A stretch of 64,000 nt of DNA from Eledone cirrhosa. Lineage: Eukaryota. Below are positions 27,086 to 40,823 of the stretch, one piece after another. Under the pieces are notes generated by a model. It was not told where the DNA came from. It ran no database searches and saw only the letters and a list, made by a program, of their open reading frames with translations. The position numbers were made by a program, and so were the translations under genes. The stretch spans positions 18,352,001 through 18,416,000 of the forward strand of contig OZ024755.1 of the NCBI GenBank assembly GCA_964016885.1, given 5' to 3'. The first letter of the stretch is position 1. Every line of letters starts with the position of its first letter.

Positions 27086-27893
27086 CATAGGATGTGGCTC
27101 ATCATAAGACAGGCCACATTGGATGTAGCTCATCATAAGGCAGACCACATAGGATATAGCTCATCATAAGGCAGGCCACATAGGATGTAGCTCATCATAA
27201 GGCAGGCCACATAGGATGTAGCTCATCATAAGGCAGGCCACATAGGATGTAGCTCATCATAAGGCAGGCCACATAGGATGTAGCTCATCATAAGGCAGAC
27301 CACATAGGATGTAGTTCATCATAAGACAGGCCACATAGGATGTAGCTCATCATAAGGCAGGCCACATAGGATGTAGCTCATCATAAGACAGGCCACATAG
27401 GATGTAGCTCATCATAAGGCAGGCTACATAGGATGTAGCTCATCATAAGGCAGGCCACATAGGATGTAGCTCATCATAAGGCAGGCCACATAGGATGTAG
27501 CTCATCATAAGACAGGCCACATAGGATGTAGCTCATCATAAGGCAGGCCACATAGGATGTAGCTCATCATAAGACAGGCCACATAGGATGTAGCTCATCA
27601 TAAGGCAGGCTACATAGGATGTAGCTCATCATAAGGCAGGCCACATAGGATGTAGCTCATCATAAGACAGGCCACATAGGATGTAGCTCATCATAAGGCA
27701 GGCCACATAGGATGTAGCTCATCATAAGGCAGGTCACATAGGATGTAGCTCATCATAAGGCAGGCTACATAGGATGTAGCTCATCATAAGGCAGGCCACA
27801 TAGGATGTAGCTCATCATAAGGCAGGCCACATAGGATGTAGCTCATCATAAAGCAGGCCACATAGGATGTAGCTCATCATAAGGCAGGCCATA
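27086..27893. repeat. 31-bp minisatellite, ~26 copies
   Basis: Unit cataggatgtagctcatcataaggcaggcca. Confidence 0.95.
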
Positions 27894-27995
27894 CTACTAA
27901 AAGAATTCAAGGCAATTTTGAAATTAGACATGATTATTATGATCATGTCTTATTTCAAAATTGCCTTGAATTCTATTACGTGTGTGTGAGTGTAT

Positions 27996-28470
27996 ATCAT
28001 CATCATCATCAACATCATCAATGTTTTACGTCCATTTTCCACACTAGCATGGGTTAGATGGGTTGTCCTGTTGCGGGCAATAGTAGGTCAGGTGACCATG
28101 TCTTGCTCATACAGAACTGATTTTGGTCTGGTTTCTACAGCTGGATGCCCTTCCTAATGCCAACTTCATTTACAGTGAGTACTGGGTGCTTTTTGTCATG
28201 TTGCCTACACAACCACTTTACAGTGTGGACTGGGTGCTTTTTGTCGTGATACCTATATGACCACTTTACAATGTGGACTGGGTGCTTTTTCTCGTGACAC
28301 TTACACGATCACTTTACAGTGTGGACTGGGTGCTTTTTGTTGTGACACTTACACGATCACTTTACAGTGTGGACTGGGTGCTTTTTATCGTGACGCCTAC
28401 ACAACCCCTTTACAGTGTGGACTGGGTGCTTTCTGTTGTGCCACCTACACAACCCCTTTACAGTGTGGGC
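27996..28470 (-). mobile_element. Family C SINE/LINE-tail element with an internal ~48-bp unit amplified ~6x
   Basis: (CAT)n tail, ggatgcccttcctaa, then repeats of cactttacagtgtggactgggtgcttttt..cgtgacac.tacac. Confidence 0.8.
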
Positions 28471-29921
28471 TGTGCCATTCAGAAAACCAAAACAGGCTGC
28501 ATGTGGCTTGTGGACCAGAGTTTTCTTATGGTATAGACAAGTATAGAAATAGGCAGTAGTCTCTAGAGGGGAGGAGAAGTGTTAGGCAGCAGACCAATCT
28601 TCAAAAGAAGACTCAATTGAAAGTCAGATCCATCTTAAACCTAACAACAGCTGCACAACTAAACTCCACTATTCAGATCAGCAATACTTCAACTGTGAAT
28701 GAGTGTTTGCACAATGGTTTTGTTGCTAACCATTTTCTATACATACAGTGACATCATAACTAGCAATTATAGAGTTTGGTTTGGTTTTTTTAAATGCAAT
28801 TCACTTCTAAACAATGCCTTTTTTTTTTTTTAGATGAGTCTTACTGTCATTGGAAATTGATTGCAGATGAAAAAATATGAAGATATTTAATCATATCATG
28901 AATATTTATAGCAACAACAACAATGACGATGGTGGTGGTGGTTATAATAATGGTTTCTGGTTTAGGCACAGGGCCAGCAATTTGTTTGGGGGGAGGGGAA
29001 AGTTGATTAAATCCCACCCCAGTTCGTTACACTATGGAGTATTTTTAGAGAGATTTTCCTGCTACACTGAACAGGTTGTGAAGTTTATCAGAACCCCCCT
29101 CTCTCTCTCTACTTCAACCTGTTTCTATTTTTGGCATTGGGATCCATTTCTGCCATATTAAAATTCCATTTAGATTTCCTAGAAAAGGAAGTAGAAAAGG
29201 GGAAACAATAGCAGTCCCTGTTCTCACTAAACTCTTCAACTGTCCCCTTTCCATTTCATTATCTAAGTATCTTATTTTTAAAAAACACATGATCATAAGC
29301 CCCCTCTACCCCAACAATAGCACCACTCTGACCCTGCCAATTACAAGTTTATCATTCTTTTTCTCAATATCACAAAGGTGATGAAAGCACCAAAACATAG
29401 CCAGTACATATTAGGGAAGAGGACACCCTGTCCAGAGATATTGTGGTGGGGATAATGAGCATTCTATTATTTGATCAACTAGACATCCTACTTGTTAAAT
29501 TAATGTGATTAAGTATTTCACAGCCATCTACCCTTATTAAATATTCCATAGCCATATACCTCATTAAATATTTCACAGCTATCTACCCTTATTAAATATT
29601 CCATAGCCATATACCCGTATTAAATATTTCACAGCCATGTACCCTTATTAAATATTCCACAGCTATATACCTTTATTAAATAGTCCACAGCCTATATACC
29701 CTTAATAAAATTCTCAGACAGAGGCACAATGTGACAAGGATGGATTTTTTTTTAATTAGAAACAACCGATTTGACAGGCTTCAGCACAGCTTCTGTCTAC
29801 CTAATTTCATTTACAAGGCTTGGGTTGACATGAGGCTATGGAAAAAGACATTTGTCCAAGATGTCATGCAGTGGGATTGAACCTGAGACTCATATTACAT
29901 ACATCACTTAAACACAACCAC

Positions 29922-30086
29922 TTAACCCTTTATCTCACATCATATTGAATTTATGAGATTTTGATATCATTTATTTTGAGAACAATACCTTAATATAAGT
30001 ATGAGTGGCTGGTCACAGCTGGTTTGAACAGAAAGAGGTGAGAGAATTCTGGCCGGATATGGCCAGTTTAAATGATAAAGGGTTAA
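29922..30086. mobile_element. piggyBac-like MITE, family 1, internally deleted
   Basis: TTAA CCCTTTA...TAAAGGG TTAA with family-1 internal sequence. Confidence 0.75.
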
Positions 30087-31693
30087 ACACAATCACTACT
30101 ACATACACCATTTAAACACAACCACTACTACACAACAACCATTACTACACACACCACTACTACACAACACAACCACTACTACACAACACAGCCATTACTA
30201 CACACACCACTACTACACAACACAGCCATTACTACACACACCACTACTACACAACACAACCATTACTACACACACCACTACTACACAACACAACCACTAA
30301 TACACACCCCACTACGACACAACACAACCACTACTACACACACCACTACTACACAACACAGCCATTACTACACACACCACTACTACACACGCCACTACTA
30401 CACAACACAACGTAATACAAACAACATATTGCTATAGTTCTTTCAACTCTAACTCACATTCTCTTAAGATTTCCTTTCAGCAACTTCTATGTTGTTCTTT
30501 TGTAAATCCTAACAGAGTCCTTGTGAGTAGAATGACAAATACCCAACTAACTCAGAAGAACAGATCAATATCAATAAATATGGATTAAAATAACAAATGA
30601 TTTATGTCACTATTTACGCAATATGTCGAAATATTTATCAAACTATATATACTGTAGATTTAATTTTTCAGTTTTTCAACAGCTATTCAATAGAAATAAA
30701 TTAGCTAACGTCATAGTCAAGGGGTTTGTGGAACAAATTAATTAATTAATTAATTGTTAATTATATAACTCTTTTAATCAATCAAGTGCCATTTATGTTC
30801 AATTTAAATTTCTATATAAACTGATTAAAATTTCAATCAGAAAACAGCAAATAGTAATTTGAATTCATAAAGAAAACAATAATTTCTAAAAGCTATAGTT
30901 TGGTATTAGCTGATGACTAGAGAAACAGACATAACATAAACCAGTGATGTAGAAAGTTAATAGAATACCCTTGGGGTAGATTAAATTAAGTGAGGAAGAA
31001 GAGGGGAGTGAGTCATTTAAATAGAATTAGATTTAAACTCAGTAAATTTAATCTGTCATTGGCAAAACTCAAAGATTTGTTTTCTACATTATGTCTTCAT
31101 TCACAGATACTAATTAGAGGTATTAAAGTATATCATAGTTAAATAACTTATTGGGATAAACACATATAATTGTAGTGGGTATAAACAACCAGGTTTCATC
31201 ATTACTGAGGAACTCTCCTGGCAAATACATATATTTAACACAGCAAAGACTGCACCATTTGGGGGCCACAAAATATACATACTTAACAGTGGCCCCAAAA
31301 GTTTGAGAACCCCTGTTTTAAACATTACGCCCAGTCCTTTTTCTTTTCCCAGAATGTTAGTTCTTTGTAGTAACCTCTCTGCTCATGTTTTTTCTGCAGC
31401 CATTCCTGTGTGTGCATTTGTGTCTGTGTGCATATGAATGTGTGCACACAGACACACATATACTAACTGGCCAAAACATTGTTCCAGTTGTAAACCAGTT
31501 CCAACTGATGCCACAGGTAACTGAACTAATAAAAGAATCAACTAGATCACAGAAACCCAGCTTCATGCCCAGGTTGTATGTATAATCTATTCTGTGTGTA
31601 CACAGCTGACTGTTATTCTTAATACACATCTGTGTGTGAGTATACACAAGAGACTTATTCCATACATTCCGAAAACATTGTATTGTAAATTAC

Positions 31694-31832
31694 CTGAAGG
31701 ATGGATTCGGCGGCGTTTGTGTATCTTGTTTAAATTTTCTGGCATACTGTGTGATCGTCCGAGAATTTTCTGTTGTTTTGTCAAAGCACTGCGATCGGCA
31801 ATCCTTGATTTTATAGGGTGAGGGGTTGACAT
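31694..31832 (-). CDS. SPATA13: Coding exon (phase 0 in, phase 1 out) of the same RhoGEF-like gene: MSTPHPIKSRIADRSALTKQQKILGRSHSMPENLNKIHKRRRIHPS(G)
   Basis: Acceptor tttttattaattccag|ATG and donor CAG|gtaatt; 139 nt = 46 codons+1; joins the 17629 exon in frame. RSHSMPENLNKIHKRRR resembles (from memory) SPATA13 FSQSTPIGLDRVGRRR. Confidence 0.7.
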
Positions 31833-32641
31833 CTGGAATTAATAAAAATATACAGAAATATATAAGAATGTTATACCTTGATGTTACAGGTTAGGGAGTA
31901 TGATATTTCAAGTTGGGGAGTTTGACATATGGTATCAATGACAAGTATAGCGATATATAAGAATGCTATACCAAATGCTGTTTGTTATCAAGTATATATG
32001 AATGATTAAAAAGATTATGTTCTCCATTCTACAAAACATACTTTTGTAAAATTAACAGAGATAAAGAAATAGTATGATTTTTCTCTCAAATAATCCTTAC
32101 CTTGACATTACAGAACAGAAGAGGGATACACTTGCCTCAAAATTATTTTCAAGTAATTTTGGAAAAAATTCAAGAATTTGGAGTGTAACTTAAAGGTTTT
32201 TACATAAAATTATAATGAAAGTTTTTTTTAAAATAAATATAAACACCTTGAAACAGTCTAGTAACATAAAAAGCAGGGGTGGTTTCAGGCAGTTTGGTAT
32301 CATTATGTTGGTAAAAATAAAACTAATTTCTCATTTACAAAGAAAACCCAACAACTGTTTCTAGGACAACAAATTGCCAATGACAGGGCAAATTTTACTA
32401 CCTAGCACCCAAATATTTAACTATATTGTTTACAATATTTGATATGTTTGTGTGTTGTAGTAACTTCCTGACAAAATACACCTATTACATTTACCTGAAA
32501 TTAAGTCTTTATGAAGTAATTAAGTAATTTTTTTTTAATCTACAAACCTTGAAAAGTTGACAACAGATGTTAAAACATATTTAAATCACTTTAAGCCTTC
32601 AATTTATTTGGCACTTTTAGTTTTCACTATATATGTCTGGC

Positions 32642-32832
32642 TTAATAATAATAATAATGAAATTATTGTGTACAGTGCTCAGGTGCACTACAATTTATCA
32701 AATGTGCATGTATAGTACATAGAATAATGTCAGGAAAGTGAACAGTGTATGAGTCACGATATACATGTGTGTGTGTGTGTATGGAAGGGGGATATCAGGT
32801 GTAGTGTTGGCGAATTTCAGGAAGCATGGAGG
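32642..32832 (-). mobile_element. Probable LINE 3' end with (TTA)n tail
   Basis: The terminal motif gtagtgcacctgagcactgtacacaataatttcatt also occurs at 4365-4402 (+); the clade is not determined. Confidence 0.5.
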
Positions 32833-33984
32833 TTAGTTAAGAAAATATTTTCTTAACTGGCATCAGAATATAATTAAAATATGGAACAAACAACAAAACA
32901 ATCGAACACATAAATGTTTAAATTCAATAAGAACATTATTTCTGATGTAATTTTAAGATTTGTTTCAATATAATTCATTGTGAAATAGCTAATAACGATG
33001 GAACCTTCAAATGTTATAAGAAAATTGATCATAGCTTCTAATTGCAACAAACAGTGAAGGATCTTGGAAAAAAAAATCAATAGACTGACACGACCCAGCA
33101 GCATAACTTGACAAATTCTTACAACATAACTAAATACCGGAGCCTCAACACAGGCAGACAAGATAATTTTCATAGTGAGAGATTATTTATTGACAAAAGC
33201 AAAATGTCTCAAAACAAACCAGCTTCAATTTAAAAGAAATTGAATGCATTAAAAATCCCATAACATATTGTGAAAGGAAAGCTTAATATTTCAAGTGAAA
33301 AGGAAAAGAAGAAAAATAATTTTATTTTCCTTTTCTTACTCAAATAATCAGAATGGGTGAGTGGGGAGTATTGATTCTAGAAAGATTTAAACTGAATTTC
33401 TTCCCAAACAGAAAAAATATGAAATGGATGTTGTGAAACTAAAATGAAGCTAATAAGTTTTAAGTCAAAGATATTTATGAGTTTAGCTGCTTTCCTTTTG
33501 GGTGGAGTCACAATGATTTCAGTCAAACTTGAATCTTAATTCAACCAAGATTATTTCAATATCTAAAGCAGCTAAATGTAGACAGAATGATAATAACTAT
33601 GATAAGAGAAACCTACTTTATAAATAAGAAATTAAAGAGAAAAAAAAGTGTGGGGGGGGGGTAAAAAAAAGAGAAGGATCTCTCAAAATCTTTTCAGAAA
33701 TTTTTTCTCAACTGTGATTTTTCCTCTGACTAAACAAAGATGGATGACAGAAGAAAATATTATAAAGCCATGAGCAATCCAAACATTCTTTATTTTATTA
33801 TTCTAGGTTTCATCACATCTCTCCCTTACTCCCCAAGACATAATACTACATGAAAAACAAAACAAAACAGGAATTTATATTTAAAAAATCTGCCTATAAC
33901 TTGAATAGAAACTTGATGTGTAAAGATGAAATTACATATATGTGTGTGTGTATACATACATTCATATATATATATATATGTTTG

Positions 33985-34276
33985 TATGCACACATGTATA
34001 TATAGAGCTAAACACAAAAATGTGTATATGCACACATGTATATATAGAGCTAAACACAAAAATGTGTATATGCACACATGTATATATAGAGCTATACACA
34101 AAAGTGTGTATATGCACACATGCATATATAGAGCTATACACAAAAGTGTGTATATGCACACATGCATATATAGAGCTATACACAAAAGTGTGTATATGCA
34201 CACATGCATATATAGAGCTATACACAAAAGTGTGTGTGTATATGCACACATGCATATATAGAGCTATTCACAAAAG
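33985..34276. repeat. 42-bp minisatellite, ~7 copies
   Basis: Unit tatgcacacatg[t/c]atatatagagctatacacaaaagtgtgta. Confidence 0.9.
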
Positions 34277-34706
34277 AGCCCACTTTATCTTGAACTACTT
34301 AAAAACTGACTAACTTATGAAAAGGAAGGACTAAAACAATTTTGGGAGAGGGAACACAATGTCAGCAATTTTGGGAGAAAGAAAAGTCAATTAAATCAAC
34401 CTCAGTACATTACTGGTACTTTATTTTATTGACCCTGTAATGATGAAAGGAAAAGCTAACATAACAGGGTTGATAAAATAAAGTACCAGTAATACAATGG
34501 AGTTGATTTAATTGACTTTCCCCTTCTCCTAAAATTGTTTACCTTGTTATACTGTACCTGACAGAAGAGATAGCGAAGGAACATTATGTGTGAAAGGAAG
34601 TTGTGTTGGAAAAGACCCATCCAACCCATGCAAGCATGAAATAACACATGCAAAATGATGATGATGTCAGACATTATATTCTAGAAGCTAAAATTAGAGT
34701 GCACAT

Positions 34707-34742
<36 letters not shown>

Positions 34743-35101
34743 CCAAGAACCAAAGCACTAAATCTTTTTTATTACGTACCCTCAAGAAAGACTCCTTGAA
34801 GTAAATCTGAGGGTTACCTTAACACAATCAGTTACTAAATAATCTTCATGCTGTAAGATATGCAGCCTCCTTTGGTACTTAACACTACTTCTGAATACGT
34901 TCTTTACATACTGGCATATATCACCTTCTCTCAACATCTATCATAACTCTAAAGACAATTGCCTGATTTCTGTTAATCAGCGTAATTCCTTAACGAGCAC
35001 ACTCTTTGTAGCTTGCAAAAACATTTCTCATCTTGGCACTACACCTAATACAACAATTGTAATTGCTTGCAATACCTTTTGTAGAACAATTGTAAATTAA
35101 A

Positions 35102-35287
35102 TAATTGTTTCTACTTTAGGCACAAGGCCAGCAATTACCCAGTGCATTACTGGTACTTTATTTTATCAACCCTGTAAGGATGAAAGGCAAAGTCAACCTC
35201 GGCGGGATTTGAACTCAGATCGTAAAGGGACGTAACTCTATGCGTCAAAGCATGGCGTCCGACTCTCTACCGATACTGCCAATCCGC
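35102..35287 (-). mobile_element. SINE family A
   Basis: Consensus match; short TSD attaaataat. Confidence 0.88.
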
Positions 35288-36042
35288 ATTAAATAATGAT
35301 CCCCCTGCCTATTTTTAATTATAGAAATTTATAACAATTACATTTGTTTTCACAGCTTTCTCTCTCCCCCCTTCTCTCTCTCTCTCTCACACACACACAC
35401 AGTCACAGAAGTCTGTCTGTCTGCCTGTCTGTCTATCTGTCTGTCCCACACACTAACACACACACACACAAAGTAACAGGAGATAACTGTTTGTCTGTCT
35501 CTCTCTCACACACACACACACAAATCACAGAAGTCTGTCTGTCTCTCTCTCTCTGTCCCATACATGCACACACACACACACAAAGTAACAGGAGATGACT
35601 GTCTCTCTCTCTCTGTCTCTCTCACACACAGAAAGTCACAGGAGATGACTGTCTGTCTCTCTCTGTCCCACACATACACACACAAAGTCATAGGAAATAA
35701 CTGACTGTCTGCCAGTCTCTATCTCTCTGTCTCTCACACAAAGTCACAGGAGATAACACAATTTCTATAGTTTAAAAATTCCCCATTGATTGCATTAAGA
35801 AAACATTAATTAAGAATTTAAAAAAAGTTTTATTAATTATTGGCAATTCTCTGAAACATCTATCAAAGATGATAATTAATTACAAGATTTATGATTATTT
35901 ACTACCTTCTTAATACTGATTTTTAACGAACAAACCTAATAATCATTGATATTTAGCAGGAATTCTTGTTAAATGTGTCTTACTCCTTTGAAAGCACACT
36001 GCCTGAAACCAGCCCTAGTTCTAAAATACAATGATGTTTATT

Positions 36043-36272
36043 TTAACCCTTTAGCATTTAAATCAACTGTATCTGGCCAGAATTCTCTCACTTCTTTCTG
36101 TTCAAACCGGCCATAACCAGCCACTCATACTAACATTAAGGTATTGTTCTCAAAATAAATAACATCAAAATCTCATAGATTTTGATGTTATGTGAGATAA
36201 TTATGTAAGGTAAAGCCTTTACTGTGAAAATATAATAGTAAATATAGAGTATTGTAAACGTTAAAGGGTTAA
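36043..36272. mobile_element. piggyBac-like MITE, family 1, nested in an older MITE
   Basis: TTAA termini; the flanks resemble the family-2 MITE at 45390-45624. Confidence 0.8.
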
Positions 36273-37514
36273 AGTGTCTGAAGTGTCAATATCTATCTAA
36301 AGCCCAGCAATTATAATTTTATGCTTTACAGCATAGAGTAATGACCCTTTATGTTTTGAGTGCAAATCCCACCGAGGTTAACTTTGCCTTTCGGGGTTGA
36401 TAAAAAAAAAATCATCAGTAATGCACTGGGGTAATTGCTGGCCTTGTGCCAAAAGTAAAAACAATTATAATTTTATGCAATAACCTTTGTTATGTTTCAA
36501 ACACAAGTTTAATGATGAGAAAGTTATTATTAAATATTATTAAATCCCTCCAAATTCTTCATTATTTTCAAACCACTGAAAATTGTAGAATAAGGTCATT
36601 CATTAGAAATATGGTAATGGAAGGATTGCACATGAATACCTTTAGATTTTTGTGATATGGTTTTACAGAGTGACTGCATTTTTAGTTTTCATGGAATATG
36701 AGTTAATGTGAGCAGGTGTCTTACATGGAAAATATCAATAGTCATCATAATAAAACCCTGCATGTTGTTAAATGTTTAGTCCCTTAAATATTTTTTGTAC
36801 ATTTCAGAAAACCCTTAATTCTTTTATATTTATCCTCTACATTATTGATTTATGTTCTGAAGCTAAAAAAAAAAAAAGGGGATTCCATTAACATAAAAGA
36901 ATGTGTGAGGAGAATGCCTCAATTCCTCTCTGCTCCTTTGACTCTTTCTACTTAAAGGAAGAAGAAAGTAGTACAGAGAGAAGATGACAATCTAAAACTA
37001 TTATATGGCAAAATCAATTACTTAGAAAATTTATCAATATTTTGTTTAGTTTCCAATAATTTACATCCAGTTCAATATCGCAATATCGCAATATCTTTTA
37101 CAAACATCCTCCCAGCAGAAAGACATGCTTTTTCTTCACATTGTCATCTCTGGCATACTTCTATTACAGGTAGGACACCCTCCTCCTACTACTCCTTCTC
37201 CTCCTCCCGCTACCACTAAATGGTAGCTGGCAACTACAGTACAGATATGTGAGTGTGGAGAATGGCTGCAGATACGATCAGTTGATTATTCAAATATTCC
37301 ATGCATCTGACAGACACCCCATGATGACGGTGGTGGTGGTGGTGTTGGCAATGGTAGTGGCGATAGTAATGATGGTAATGATGGCGGTGATGATGGGTAA
37401 CGAAGGCAAAAAGTGGAAAAGGAATCCTATGGTTGTTCAAGACAGATGTAAATGGAAAATGGGAAGGATATAGGGATGGATGCAAGCAAAGCAAAGTATT
37501 AAGAAATAGCCATG

Positions 37515-38045
37515 TACCATACACACCATACACTATACACACCATACACTGTACACTGATATACACCACACACCATACACTATACACACCATACACCATA
37601 CACACCATGCACTGTACACACCATACACTATACACACTATACACTGATATACACCACACACCATACACACCATACACTGTACACACCATACACTATACAC
37701 ACTGTACACTGATATACACCACACACCATACACCATACACACCATACACTATACACACTATACACACCATACACAATACACACCATACACACCACACACT
37801 ATACACACTATACACTGATATACACCACACACCATACACTATACACACCATACACCACACACACCATACACTGTACACACCATACACTGTACACACTATA
37901 CACTGATATACACCACACACCATACACTGATATACACTATACACACTATACACACCACACACACCACACACTATACACATCACACACCATACACACCACA
38001 CACCATACACACCACACACATCACACACCATACACTCCACACACC
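37515..38045. repeat. CA-rich low-complexity satellite (acaccatacact)
   Basis: Visible short-period repeats. Confidence 0.9.
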
Positions 38046-38309
38046 AACCAACAGACTAGAAATAAGTAGAACAGAAGAGGAAGAAAGATCAAATGAAAAC
38101 AATTATGGGAATAAAGGGGGGGGGGTTAAACAATAAAAATGGGGAAAGAGGAAAATAAGGGTTTCTCTTATCAGTCTAGCTACAAATTTCTAAGGAGATG
38201 AATTAGGTCAACAAGAATAAGCAATTCCTCAATCATGTGTAGTGTTAAATAGAACCATTTCTGTTGCTAATGTTTGTCAGCTGATAGAGTAATATCTATA
38301 AGGAATACT

Positions 38310-38525
38310 GGGATAGGAATATAGGAATATGACAATATAGGAATAGGGAATATAGGAATATAACAATGTAGGAATAGGGAATATAGGAATATAACAATAT
38401 AGGAATATAACAATATAGGAATATAACAATATAGGAATATGACAATATAGGAATATGACAATATAGGAATATGACAATATAGGAATATGACAATATAGGA
38501 ATATAACAATATAGGAATAGGGAAT
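38310..38525. repeat. 16-bp minisatellite (ataggaatat[g/a]acaat)
   Basis: Visible tandem copies. Confidence 0.88.
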
Positions 38526-38741
38526 GGTTTTAAAAATAGGAATTCCGAATATTTTGATCCATTGATTTGAAAACTTAACATTTCCGTCATTAGCTAACAA
38601 ATTGTTAATATATATATATATACATATATACATATGTGTGTATGTGTATGTGTGTATGTGTGTGTGTTTGTGTGGGATTATTTACACTTTTCTTATTAAC
38701 TGCATCAAACTACTCTGGTTTTATGAAACAAACCCGTCTAT

Positions 38742-39095
38742 TTAACCCTTTAGCATTTAAACCGGCTATATCCAGCCAGAATTTTCTTGTCTCTTTTTGT
38801 TCAAACCGGCTGTAACCAGCCACTCATACTGATGTTAAGGTATTGTTCTCAAAATAAATAACACCAAAATCTCATAGAGTTGATATTATGTGAAATAAAG
38901 CCTTTACCACAAAAATACAATAGTAAATATAGAGTAATGTAAATGCTAAAGAGTTAAAACCCTCCATCATAATTTTATTACATTGCCTATTTAAAACGTT
39001 CATACTTATATTAAAACCGTCCATCATAATTTTATTACACTGCCTATTTAAAACGTTCGCACTTATATTAAAACCCTCCATCATAATTTTATTTA
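38742..39095. mobile_element. piggyBac-like MITE family 1 (38742-38957) followed by a 57-bp tandem triplication of host-MITE sequence
   Basis: TTAA termini; ttaaaaccctccatcataattttat repeated three times. Confidence 0.75.
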
Positions 39096-39416
39096 CATTT
39101 TTATCAAGTAACGATCCAAACAGCTTACTAATGAAAAAATTAATTATTTATCATCATCATCATAACATTCAACGTCCATTTCCCAGGCTAACATGGGTTA
39201 GATGGGTCGTCCCATTGTGAGACGAGTTAGATCAGATGACCATGTCTTGCTCACTCAGAACTATTTCTGGCTTGGTTTCTACAGCTGGATGCCATTCCTC
39301 AATGCCAACAATGTTTAATTCCTCCAAATTTGTTGTTATTTCCACAACAAATTGACAGAGTATTCCATTAGAAATATAGTGGCTAAAGGGCATCAGTAAA
39401 AAAAACTCCTCAAAAT

Positions 39417-39499
<83 letters not shown>

Positions 39500-39561
39500 C
39501 ATATAAGTATGTGTGTTTACATGATTGGAACTGATTCTCAGTGACTACTTTATTCTCAATA

Positions 39562-40270
39562 TATATGTCAGAAATGGTAGGGTACTGGACTATGTCAGGA
39601 ATGGTAGGGTACTGGACTTTTATGTAGTATGTCAGAAATTGTAGGGTACTGGACTATATGTCAGAAATGGTAGGGTACTGGACTATATGTAGTATGTCAG
39701 AAATGGTAGGGTACTGGACTATATGTAATATGTCAGAAATGGTAGAGTACTGGACTATATGTCAGAAATGGTAGGGTACTAGACTATATGTCAGAAATGG
39801 TAGGGTACTGAACTATATGTCAGGAATTGTAGGGTACTGGACTATATGTCAGAAATGGTAGGGTACTGGACTATATGTCAGAAATGGTAGGGTACTGAAC
39901 CATATGTCAGGAATTGTAGGGTACTGGACTATGTCAGGAATTGTAGGGTACTGGACTATATGTCAGGAATGGTAGGGTACTAGACTATATGTCAGGAATA
40001 GTAGGGTACTGGACTATATGTCAGAAATGGTAGGGTACTGGACTATATGTCAGAAATGGTAGGGTACTGAACCATATGTCAGGAATTGTAGGGTACTAGA
40101 CTATATGTCAGAAATGGTAGGGTACTAGACTATATGTCAGAAATGGTAGGGTACTGGACTATATATAGTATACCAGGATGGTAGGGTACTGGGCTATATG
40201 TCAGGAATAGTATGGTACTGGACTATATGTAGTGTACCAGGAATAGTAGGGGAGAAGACTGGACTATATG
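39562..40270. repeat. 29-bp minisatellite, >20 copies
   Basis: Unit tatgtcagaaatggtagggtactggacta. Confidence 0.93.
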
Positions 40271-40315
40271 TTTCATAGAATATTCAACTTCAAGTCTCAT
40301 ATCATTATTAACTAA

Positions 40316-40752
40316 AGGCAGGGGATTGGCAGTTTCGGTATAAAGTCGGACGCCATGCTTTGCAGCATAGAGTTACACCCCTTTATGGTCTGAGTTCAAA
40401 TCCCGCCGAGGTTAACTTTGCCTTTCATCCTTACGGGGTCGATAAAATGAAGTACCAGTAATGAACTGGGATAATTGATGGCATTGTGCAAAAAGTAGAA
40501 ACAATTATTTACTAAAGTGGCTTCTGAGAAATAAGATGTCATTTAATAATAAAAATAATTATATATATATATATATAATTGTTTCTACTTTAGGCACAAG
40601 GCCAGCATTACCCAGTGCATTACTGGTACTTTATTTTATCGACCCCGTAAGGATGAAAGGCAAAGTCAACCTCGGCGGGATTTGAACTCAGATCGTAAAG
40701 GGACGTAACTATGCTGGAAAGCATGGCGTCTGACCCTCTACCGATACTGCCA
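40316..40752. mobile_element. Two family A SINEs tail-to-tail, ~70 bp apart
   Basis: + copy at 40316-40508, - copy at 40577-40752. Confidence 0.88.
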
Positions 40753-40823
40753 GTCCCCAAAAATGTATACACACTTCAACAGCATTCTAATCAAAGTGTG
40801 TATGCATTTTTGGGGACACCCTA
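40753..40823. mobile_element. Miniature Tc1/mariner-type MITE (hairpin)
   Basis: gtccccaaaaatgtatacacactt...aagtgtgtatgcatttttggggacaccc|ta; TIR resembles (C)AGGGTGTCCC. Confidence 0.65.
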
